Shown here: positions 51,301 to 64,000 of the stretch, piece by piece | Layout of the letters: the number at the start of each line of letters is the position of its first letter | Numbering within the stretch: position 1 is the first letter of the stretch | From: Eledone cirrhosa | Lineage: Eukaryota | Direction of reading: 5' to 3' | Assembly: GCA_964016885.1 (NCBI GenBank) | Contig: OZ024755.1 | Coordinates: 11,346,001-11,410,000, forward strand | Length of the DNA stretch: 64,000 bases | Notes under the pieces: generated by a model | Database searches by the model: none | The model's input: only the letters and a program-made list of their open reading frames with translations | What the model was told of the DNA's origin: nothing | Made by a program: the position numbers and the translations under genes

Positions 51301-53526
51301 TTCCTATAGACTGAAAATAAAAAATACTAACACTATGAGAGAAGATAAGGTGCTTAAAATTCGTTTCACAACACCCACATAGTTTCCTCAGTGGTGTATT
51401 ATTAATTGTTTATACACCGATGGTTTACACTTTCCTAGATAAGTTATCATTGCCGGATATGTTTGTGTAATCCAGACAAATTATTCTCATATCTTATTTC
51501 TATTTCCTAATCTCTGATAGCTGTTGTAGTAGTAGTAATAATAGTAGTAGTAGTTGTTTAATTATAGGTTGATCCCTGATTGAGACGTTTTATGATCATA
51601 CAGTTTGTTTGTTTGTTATTTTTCTTATCAGTGAAGTGCTGTTATCGATAAAGGCGATGAATTGGCAGTAACCTTAGGGCATTGATTTAAAAATGCCTCG
51701 GTATGTGTTCCGACACACTGCGCTCTGGGTTTAAAACTCACCAACATATACTATGCCTTTTATCGTTTCGGGCTTGATTAATGAAGTACCAGTATAGTAC
51801 TGGTCTCTCTCTCCCTCTCTCTGGAAGAAATCAGTTGTGTTCCGATCAAGAGAGTGGTGGGTTCTGTCAGGTCTTAAAACGCCCAAGAAACATCGTGTCA
51901 AGAGGGTGCTTCTATGATTCCGCCAGGAGTTATGGGCTTTAGTGGGATCGATATGATCAAATTAATCCCTTCAATGTGGTGCCCCTTTATGGCTACTGTC
52001 TAATGACTAGGACTAATTAAAGAATAAAAGAATTATAAGGATAAACCTCTTTGTGACACCAACGAAACCCTTATTGACAAGCACATCATGTTTCTGAATG
52101 GCGCCATTAGGCGAGGTTCGCAAGACATGCAGACATCAAACAAAGGAATAGAATGGTTATGGGTCGGTTTCCCCTGGGAGTATTCCCGTTGTTCGATCAA
52201 CGGAACATCCTGCTCATGAAGGTTACGTGTCTGAGCATTCCACCAATTCGTGTAATTCTTAATGTAATTCAACGTGGCACAGCGTAAAATAAGGTTGGTC
52301 TCCTGACTTACAGATAGAGATCAACCGACGGGCTTGTAAACAGTTTCCGTCAACCCGATGCCACTCACAAGGCTTTGAACGACGCGAGGCCATGATAAAT
52401 AACATTAACCAAAGATGCAATGTAATGTGATCGAAATCGGGATATTAGGATTGCTAAGAAAACAGCAACATTCGGTGTATCCATCATTCTTTTCTGACAA
52501 TAGGGTACAATTTGAAGGAGGTTTAGCTGCTATTTCTAGTAGGGTAAGCAATTACGTAAGTACTCTCGCTTTTGCTTGGCTTATCTGATCAGATCTCAAG
52601 TCAATCTTATATAATTACTACAATGACTTCTCCGATCAGCTCTTCACCTTCTTTACAGCAGAAACTCAACCAACAATGCTCTACTGCTTCCATATAAATA
52701 GGACAAAGTTGGTGCTACATGCATGCGTGGCACCTTCGATAAGTACCATCAACTATAGACTCCGTTTGACCAATGACTTGCAAAGGAATGTTGATAGACA
52801 CATTGAAGTGCACAAGCAAAATAGTTGGATAGCATCCATGAGTTTGGCCGGTCTCGTTCGGGAAAGGAACCTGCTCAATAATAGACGGTTGCTTCTGATA
52901 AAACCTCTGGAAGCTGTGTCTGTGGATTCTGCTCCCCCCCCCCTTGCCAATAAGAAGGAGAAGAAAAAATGCCACACAGTAGGATAGAACTCGAGGCCTA
53001 ATGACTTCGTAGTGTACTTTTAACCATTCGGTCATACTGCATCCAATACACACAGGCGGTGGTCAAAGTTATTGACCGACATAATTATTTTTAGGTTTTG
53101 TTACGTGAATCAAATTAGACAATTTGTCTTCTTAACAATCCATATATATATATATATAATGTGTGTGTGTTTGTGTGTGTGTGTTTATATATATATATAT
53201 TATATATATATATATATATAAACTGGAAACATTGGACTCCTACATACAAACATATCCTTAGCTCATCAAACACAAACATCACACACCCCATCCGCCTGCC
53301 ACATCCCTCACCAAAATGTGAGACAGGAACTATCAAGTGTCAAGTACAGGGGATCAAGTAAATATATCTAAGTGGTGTCGTTGACAACCTAAGTAGCCAT
53401 TAAAAATGCATGAAACTAATCACCAACATTGTTGAAGCTTCTTTTTATTTTATTTCATTTCACTTTTAAATATTTTTTTTTATTTTTTATTTTTTTATTA
53501 ATTATTATTATTATTATTATTATTAT

Positions 53527-53561
<35 letters not shown>

Positions 53562-53919
53562 TATATATGTGTGTGTGTGTGGTGTGTACACATATACGGG
53601 GCTAAGGACAAGCGGGAAATCTTATATAATTATTTTAGGTACGTTCAAGTGGGGGGAGAAAAGGGTGGTAAAAACAAAAATAATACTAATAAAAATGTGA
53701 ATAAATCCGTTCTGTAGTAGAAGGTCAAGGGTTTCTTTCGTACAACAGTCTAAACAATGGACATTAGTAAGTATCAAGTAATAGGACTGCAATATGGCTT
53801 TGTTACTGACATAATACAACAAATAATAATAATAATAAAAGAATATCCTGCAGTGTATTAATATCATGAGAAATGACAAACCAGAATATTGCAACATACC
53901 ATTTGAATACTTGGAATAA

Positions 53920-54930
53920 AATAATGGCTTTTGATTTAAGCACAAGGGGGAAAGTCGATTGACTCGACCACAGTACGTTACTGGTACTTTATTTTACCGA
54001 CCATGTAAGGATGAAAGCCAAAGCTAACTTGGGTGGAATTTAAACACAGAATGTAAAGGGACGTAAATATAAGCCGCAATGCAGGTCTAAACACAGCCAA
54101 TTTCTTCTAAAGACGGAAGGAGATAGTGATAGAGAGGAAATGAGAGAGATATATAGAGACTGAATCGAATCCAGTACATGACTGGTACTTTTTTTATCGA
54201 CCTCGAAATGGTGAAAGACAAAATTCTGAGACGCAATTTGAACCCAGAGCACAGAATGCCGAAACAAATACCACGAAGCATTCTATTCGAAGTTCTTACG
54301 ACTCTGCTAACTCACAGTCTAACATAATTTGATCGATGACGAAGAGATGAATGGCAAAATTGATCTCGGTGGGACTTGAACTTAGAATGTAAAGGGCCAT
54401 AACTAGAATCTACAAGCCCTTAACACACCACTCTATTGATAGAAATAATAGCAAACATAACAACAATATCAATAATGATAGCCACATAGACCCAAAATTG
54501 TTGGAAAGTGTATAAAATAGCTGACATACAAAATTGGAACAGAATCATCCAGAAGAGTTGAACCTAGTATCAGTCGTATATCAGAAGACTGCGTTATCCA
54601 CTATACTATTTAGTCAACCAGCTAGAAAATCGGCCCAATTAAGTCTAACATCTGACAGGGCCGATTTTATCACAATTGTGATAAGTACTTACGGCAACGA
54701 AATCGTTTGGTAATCCCCAAAAATAAAAAAATAAAAAATAATAATAATAATAATGTTGCTACTTTGGGCACAAGGCCAGCAATTACTCCTGTGCATAACT
54801 GGTACTTTATTTTATCGACCCCGTAAGGATGAAATGCAAAGTTAACCAGACGGGATTGGAACTCAGAACGCCAAGGGCCATAACTCCTATACTGCAAAGC
54901 ATGGTGTCTGACGCTCTACCGATACTGCCA
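53920..54930 (-). mobile_element. Several family A SINE copies, with a near full-length copy at 54750-54930
   Basis: Reverse-complemented core and B-box motifs. Confidence 0.78.
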
Positions 54931-55025
54931 AACCAAATAAGATAATAAGTTCATGTAAATATTCTCAACTTTCACATTATGTTTTGGCTGCTAGTTACTT
55001 GTACCCAAAGGTTGCACACACGCAC

Positions 55026-55074
<49 letters not shown>

Positions 55075-55410
55075 GTATGTATGTATTTATGTCGATCGTG
55101 AAATAATTATGACATTTACTGTGGCATCAAATTAAATTTCAATTTTAAAAGAAATTTATTGATCTCATGTGACACATTAGAACTGGTTATATGTCAAGAT
55201 CGATAATATTTCAAGCATTGTTAATTTAATTTAAATTATGTAAGGTGAAGGTGGTGGCCATGAACAACATGGTCGACTGCTGAACTTAATGCTTTTATCA
55301 CAATCTTCTTCACCTAATAAAAAATTAAAAAATGGATCCCCTCGCCCCCTCCCGCAAAAAAAACCCACACAGTCAGTGCTGGCGTTGCTCATCATTTTCA
55401 TTCCGTGAAA

Positions 55411-55625
55411 GCGTATGGCTTAGTGGTTAGGTTATATGGCTCACGACATTAAGATCGTGAGTTCAATTTCCGATGGCACGTTGTATCCTTGAGCAAAGCT
55501 CTTTAGACCACTCAGCTGGAATAATGAGTAGTGCCGAAAATTCAAAGGGCCGGCCAAATCATACGTCCTGTCCAGCTAAATCTCCATGAAAATTACGTTA
55601 AGAGTACATGTGTCTGAGGAGCACC
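55411..55625 (+). mobile_element. tRNA-headed SINE (family B group)
   Basis: A-box TGGCTTAGTGG 55416-55426, B-box-like GAGTTCAATTTC; homolog at about 60265-60430. Confidence 0.65.
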
Positions 55626-55739
55626 CTAATTTAAGGAAAAGGTCGAGCCTTGAGCGGATCAACCATGAAACGTGCGTAACACCTCAAATGTAATGAAGAT
55701 CTAACACCTCACTCGTTTTATTAATATTCTTCATATAGC

Positions 55740-55789
<50 letters not shown>

Positions 55790-56003
55790 TTCAAGAGTAA
55801 CCAATCTTAAAGAGAGAGATGGATATTGGAGAGGAGATGGGAGAGGAGAAGAGAGATTGGTGAATTAATTAGAAGCCAAAGCGTAAAGGCATGTGCTCAA
55901 TGTGCAATATGCAGTGGAAGGCAGCTAGGTGGCTGGGTTCATGCAGAGGTTAGGTGCACAGAGCTGGAAATATTCATTAGTTAAGCAAAACCAGACCACA
56001 AAT

Positions 56004-56120
56004 TTCTGATGAGCTGCTCTAATTGTATCTAAGTTAATTATTTTCAACTGAACCAGATCAATAATGATCTATAATCATTTGATCCAGAAACATTATACGG
56101 AGTAGCGAAACAATTGTAAA
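56004..56120 (+). ncRNA. Hammerhead ribozyme core with long stem II insert (GUA site)
   Basis: CTGATGA 56006-56012, stem II GCTGCTCT/GGAGTAGC, GAAA 56107-56110, palindromic helix III ACAATTGT, GTA 56116-56118; stem I only 2 bp. Confidence 0.62.
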
Positions 56121-56147
56121 CGGACATTATTATTATAAAATAAAGTA

Positions 56148-56340
56148 GGGCGGTGGATTGGCGGTATTGGCAGAGGGTCGGACGCCATGCTTTCCAGCAT
56201 AGTTACGTCCCTTTACGATCTGAGTTCAAATCCCGCCGAGGTTGACTTTGCCTTTCATCCTTACGGGGTCGATAAAAATAAAGTACCAGTAATGCACTGG
56301 GTAATTTGCTGGCCTTGTGCCTAAAGTAGAAACAATTATT
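56148..56340 (+). mobile_element. Full-length family A SINE with 19-bp TSD, followed by a second SINE 3' fragment (56341-56406)
   Basis: A-box TGGCGGTATTGG 56159-56170, B-box GTTCAAATC 56224-56232; ATTATTATAAAATAAAGTA at 56129-56147 and 56335-56353. Confidence 0.92.
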
Positions 56341-56581
56341 ATAAAATAAAGTACCAGTAATGCACTGGGTAATTGGTGGCCTTGTATCAAAAGTAGAAAC
56401 AATTATTATTATTATTAATATTATTATTATTCCTTACATCAAACTAAAACTATGTTGACAATCTTTTAATAATGTCTTCCTTGTGAAATTTGTGGTCTTG
56501 TTTTGCTTATCTAATGAATATATATATATATAATATATATATATATTATATATATATTATATATATTATATATATATTATA

Positions 56582-56654
<73 letters not shown>

Positions 56655-57236
56655 ATATATAATATATATATATATATATTATATATATTATATATATTAT
56701 ATATATATATAATAGCTATTCTTTTTAACATGCGTGCAAGGCTAACAAAGAGGTTAACAGTATCGCCTTATGAACATGCTGACATCAATGACTGACGGGT
56801 TAGAACGGTTGAAACCTCTGCAGTTACCAAAGAAATTAGCCGGAACGGATTGGCATTTTGACAGACTTCTTGTTTTGTTTTACTCCCTTTTGTTTATTTA
56901 ATTTCCTTGTTTACATATTATGTAACAAAACACAATATTATTAACAACAACAAACAATAAGAAATGGTAAACAATACTAAAATGGAGTTTTCCGCTAGAA
57001 ATCATCTTATTTCCAGACACGCCGGAGTAATATAAATATAAGAGAAGCAAGAGAGAAGAGGAAGTAGAATGTTGGTGTGTTTATATATTTGTTGATGTGT
57101 TATGGGAGTGGCAGTGCTCGAGGTGGAGAACGCAATGGTGCATCTATCTCTACATATTATATATACATATATGCATGTATGTGTATATATATTATATATA
57201 TATGCATGTATGTGTATATATATATATGTGCATGTA

Positions 57237-57284
<48 letters not shown>

Positions 57285-57329
57285 TGTATGTGTATATATA
57301 TATATAACTATATATGCATGTATGTGTGT

Positions 57330-57365
<36 letters not shown>

Positions 57366-57462
57366 GCATGTATGTGTGTGTGTGTATATATATATATATA
57401 TAAATGTATGTGTGTATATATATATGCATGTATGTGTGAATATATATATATATATATACGCA

Positions 57463-57513
<51 letters not shown>

Positions 57514-58611
57514 TCACACAGGCATATACATACATCTCATTAAATGCATATGTGTGAGAGAGAGTAGATTATATTTCTTGTGTGTAGTACTTCCGGTATA
57601 GAATTTTACAACAGATGTCAGATTCTAACAGGAAGGTAGATAAACGAAGGCAAAACACTGCAGTTGATACACTTCGTAAAACACACATACACATACAGAA
57701 AAACGCACACACACACACATATACACAGAAACATACATACCTAGAAAGACAATAGATAATTTATCTCTAAGTTTATAAAAGATCACTTGCATTTCCTTTA
57801 TAAACAGTCATTCCGTTTCTTAGAAGGCTCAGGTGAGAGAAGACTGACCAAGGATTTACACCAGGAAGGTTCTCACCTAAATTAAAAGTTAGGGTAAGAT
57901 GTTTGGTGAAAAACCAACTGACATTAACCCAAGCCAATCCCCACCTCCTTCTCATGACACCGATGTTATCCAAGAGAAGGTCAAATGCCGATATACCTTA
58001 TATAAAGAATAAACATTTAAGATGTCATCTAATAACCCATCTGACACCAAAACCGTCCCTGATTCTTTGATTCTTTGATACTATATATTTTAAGGCTTAT
58101 ATTTAGCTAAAATCCTTCTGTCATAATTTTCTGTCAGAACGTCTGTTAAATTTTGCTTCAAAAACCAACTTAATACTGAGAAAGTTAAAATCCGTCAAAA
58201 TACACATTTCAACCCCTCTTGCTTTTATTTTTTAATATATATTTCAAAGCAATTAATGAAAAGCTGGTTGTCCTATTGCACATTTATATCTATATCAGCA
58301 AAATCTGGTTTTTACTGTTTTTCTTAATTAGGTTACCTAGCTCCAGTAGTACCTAGCGTACACATGTATCATATTTTCTATGATATCTTTGAATGTTGAT
58401 GTAAGTCATTAATTTTCGATAAAAAAATATAACAGCACCATCAGATTCGGTTTAAATCAACTGCTGAATATAATTAAATTCCTTACCTTAGTGGAAATCA
58501 CTTAACACAACATCTAGAAATAGCATCGAGATTATATATATATATATCCAGGGAGTGTAACTTGGAGTTACTGTAGGTGTAACCAATCGTCCGTGTTTTA
58601 TTTTATTTTAC

Positions 58612-58658
<47 letters not shown>

Positions 58659-58720
58659 GTATATATATATGTGTGTGTGTGTGTGCGTGTGTTATATATC
58701 TCATTTCTGGTTTTCTTGTA

Positions 58721-58761
58721 ACTTACCTAAAATATAAAAAAAAAGGAAAAATAATCATTAG
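58721..58761 (-). promoter_or_regulatory. Candidate recursive splice site (branch point, polypyrimidine, TAG|GTAAGT)
   Basis: Minus strand reads CTAATGATTATTTTTCCTTTTTTTTTATATTTTAG|GTAAGT, junction between 58727 and 58726. Confidence 0.4.
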
Positions 58762-59030
58762 AGTAATGATTTTAGCAAAAGAGTTGAAGGGTTGCATCCT
58801 ATTAAGTCAACCTACATTCATCACTGGTATCTCATCAAGTCTAGTATTTAACACAGCGTAAAATGACGGAATTAGATTCAACTAGGCCTTGCACCAGATT
58901 CTATTCACCTGCTTCTTTCCAAGGTGTGTGTGTATGTCTGTGTGTGTGTTTGAGTGTGTTTGAGTGTGCGTGTGTTTGTGCGTGTATTGCCAGTATGCGC
59001 AAAAAATTATAAAACTATTACATCAATAAA

Positions 59031-59208
59031 TACGAGGGTCGGTTGAAATGTTCATAGGTTGACCAAGATACTCTCATGGAATGAGCAAAAGAGGTTTATT
59101 TTTCAACATAGTGCCAGGATAGAAACAATGCAGTTATTAATAAAAGTTGAAATTAATGCATGCAAGATTTCACAGCTCTAGCATCTTTCCTTCAAAGTCA
59201 ATCTATAA
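59031..59208 (-). mobile_element. Mariner-type MITE (family of 7271-7715), single internal unit
   Basis: TACGAGGGTCGGTTGAAATGTTCATAGG terminus followed by the reverse complement of the 170-bp unit. Confidence 0.7.
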
Positions 59209-59927
59209 ATTATACGTTGTTTGAGTATAGGCAACTTTATTTTATATATATTCATATGAATGAAACAGTTCTAGTCCTGTAGAAAACATTTCTATATAAA
59301 ATAAAATGTGTGTGCGTGTCAGTGTGCGTATGTCTCCGTGCGTGTCTGTGTGTGTGTATCGTTTCTTTATTTTCTATTAGTTTACAAATGAATCTTTCTA
59401 ATTTCGGGAAAATAGAAACGGTCTAATGGCCTGGAGATATAGGAAGCAGTATCATTATTTAAAGATTACAAATACGAATATGAATTTTATTAAGAAGAAT
59501 CAGATAATGCTATTATTATTATTATTATTATTATTATTAGCACACATGAAATATATTAATTATTAAGTCACTAAAGACCACTGGAACCCTGGAAATACAT
59601 CTCTACTGCAGTTCTCTTTGCTTGTCTTACTGCACATTCACAATTAATTCACTGATATGGAAATTCTATGTTACTGTTGGAGATAAAGGTGAGAGGAGAG
59701 AAATCTTTGCACCGAAAAAACAAAAAAAATGTATACAATGAATTATATATATATATATGTAATGATATGGATTATATTATATTATATATATACAGATATG
59801 CAATGATATGAATTATATTCATATATATATATATATAATTCATATCATGTGGATGCCCATAATTTGCATCTACCTGTATGTATTGAAAGTATACGTATAT
59901 ACAAACTCATGGTTCACAAGATAACCG

Positions 59928-59966
<39 letters not shown>

Positions 59967-61073
59967 ACATCTGTGTATATATATATATATAAAGAGAGAT
60001 AGAGAGATTTATACACACAACACACATTTATATACACACACAAGCCTACACAGATATGAAATATAGCCGGAGGATGAGGAAATAATCTCTTTATTCTTCT
60101 GTTATCCTCATCCTCATACTCTCCCCGTCTTGTCTTAACATGTGACTAGAGCTTCACCTTATCTTCCTCATCCCCACTGCGCTACTTACCCACCATCACA
60201 TCCTATTATTCAACCCACACATGTCCAATCTCATATTTCTACTTTTACCTTCTCTAAAGGTGCTTTGGTTTTATGGTTTCGGTGTTTTCGACTCATGACC
60301 GTATAACCGTGTGTTCGATTCTCAGAGACGCGTTGTGTCTGACCTTGAGCAGGACACTTTATTTCACGCTGGTCCAACCCTCACATCAAGCTAAAATATG
60401 TTGTAGCTGTAATTCTAAGGACCAGACGTATGTCATTGAATTTCCTCCAGAACTACAGGCTGGTCGGTTGTCGAACAACCGGAGTACACAACGTTGTAAT
60501 CGACGGAGGTCCAACACACATATATGTTTAACTTCTCCACACGTTGTCTACGCCACTCTCTGCCTGCTTGTGAAATTGTTGTTGTTGTTGTTGGCCCTAC
60601 GTCTCTGGGGCTTCGATCGACGAAATTGAATACTTGTAAAGATATTGATTTTGTTGCCGAGCCTGCGTCAGTTCTATGAAGAGTGTCCTGGTTATTCGAT
60701 TAACGGAACAGCTTGTTGGTTATTTTAACGCATTAGTGGCTGAGCATTCTACAGATATATATCATTAAGGTAATCCTTGGAAATATTTAGCGTGAGAGAG
60801 TCCAACAAGTTTGACTCTTTGAAACATAAGTACAGTCCATACAACGGGCTTCCACACAGCTTACATCGCCACAATTTCCCCACAAGGCCTGGTCAACACG
60901 AAGCTATGGTAAATACACTTGCTGTGGTGGGATCGAAGCGATTTTCTTAACTCGCCTGCTAAGCTATATCCATGTATTCCATTTTTTTAATGCTCCGCTG
61001 TTCAAATAGATACAACACTGCCAAATTATAGATAACTACAAACTCTCTGAATTGTGTTGAGGTGGTCGCTGAG

Positions 61074-61344
61074 TTGCTGAATATAGCAGCCTAATCTTCC
61101 TCAGACCATACATACGTTGACTGACTTCGAAAAGGCCGTCCAACCGTCAAGCCTAAACCGTTCTGTAGTATTTACATATATTAAAAGATATCTATACTTT
61201 ACTTTCCTTGCTGAATATAGCAGCCTAATCTTCCTCAGACCATACATACGTTGACTGACTTCGAAAAGGCTGTCCAACCGTCAAGCCTAAACCGTTTTGT
61301 AGTATTTACATATATTAAAAGATATCTATACTTTACTTTCCTTG
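61074..61344. repeat. 134-bp direct tandem duplication
   Basis: TTGCTGAATATAGCAGCC at 61074 and 61208; two substitutions between copies. Confidence 0.93.
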
Positions 61345-61896
61345 AAGTATGAGTGTGTGTGTGAATGTGTAATGTGTCTGTTACAAAGATGAATGAAGAA
61401 ATACATATATACATGAAAAAAACACATCTATTCTCCTCAAACAATAACAAGACTAACCACTAAAAGAGAAGTAAAAGAGAACTATGCTATTACTATTACA
61501 CATTCTTGTCTATGCTTAACTGATTCAAAAGAGGCGAAGACGTTCACATAATAAAAACAAGAAAGTCAGCTTCCTCACTTTCTCCCACCCTTTCTTAGTC
61601 TCATCATTTGAGTCGTTTGTTCCTCGTCAGTGAATCAGGCAGTAGAATAACATCTACCACTCTTGAATGAAAGAAAACAACAGCGTAGAATATTCCTTGA
61701 ATCATGAGAGCCAAAAGGAACATTTGATGTTTTCTGCACGGGGTTCACGCTAGGCATATTTAGCTATTTCGTTGACATATTTAACTATTTCGTTGCCACA
61801 TTTCTATTGAAATAAACTGCTTCGATGTTTCCATTTATTTTACAAAAAAAAAAAAAAGAATTTGCAGAAAATTAGTAGAATAACTTAAATATACTA

Positions 61897-62023
61897 TTTC
61901 CATTCTGAGTTCAAATCCTGCTGAGGTTAACTTTGCCTTTCATCCTTACAGGGTCGATAAAATAAAGTACCAGTAATGCACTGAGTAATTGCTGGCCTTG
62001 TGCCAAAACTAGAGACAATTATT
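61897..62023 (+). mobile_element. SINE family A, 5'-truncated
   Basis: B-box, core and tail present. Confidence 0.85.
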
Positions 62024-62309
62024 TCATTATTAGAAATTATTTCTGTATAAAAGAGTTTAAATGACATTCATCACTATTTTCCAATAGTTTCAGACAATGC
62101 AAAGTGGAACCAAGGAGAATGCCTGATAGAGATAGCGTGGTCGTTGCAAAATCTGTAATATAACAGCGATATTTTCTTAATATTGATTTCATATAATTCT
62201 GGTCGCATTATATTATTATATAGGTTTCCTAAAAGAAATTAGTTTAATTCACAGAACACCTTCATATTCCATAGAGCATCCCTTAATTCCACACGATGCA
62301 GGTAATACA

Positions 62310-64000
<1,691 letters not shown>

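Noticed and set aside
56148-56240. A-box/B-box segments as tRNA genes
   Set aside because: No cloverleaf; they are SINE heads followed by core and tail.

Overview
AT-rich, microsatellite-saturated eukaryotic (metazoan) DNA. The SINE repertoire and repeat landscape look like an octopod cephalopod genome; that is pattern recognition, not a database result. None of the listed long ORFs is a real protein: they are translations of simple repeats. The window holds about 30 tRNA-derived SINE copies or fragments of at least two families (several with clean 12-20 bp TSDs), mariner/Tc1 and hAT-like MITE remnants, and several minisatellites including a 52-bp array of about 45 copies. There is one credible minus-strand exon (13566-13756) that starts an ORF with a hydrophobic N-terminal anchor (MATDAVVILLGLAVSVCVVILV), and upstream of it on the same strand are two polypyrimidine-YAG|GTAAGT motifs resembling recursive splice sites. 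The most striking signal is a set of roughly 200-bp modules wedged into (TA)n/(GA)n/(TG)n tracts that carry type I hammerhead ribozyme motifs. Five have intact CUGANGA/GAAA/NUH cores (20231+, 26553-, 26944+, 42308-, 56004+) and two more are relics; one divergent inverted pair shows compensatory stem II changes. Several fold-back inverted repeats also end in (TA)n. Together these suggest microsatellite-targeting, ribozyme-bearing retroelements (Penelope-like pLTR fragments or retrozymes).
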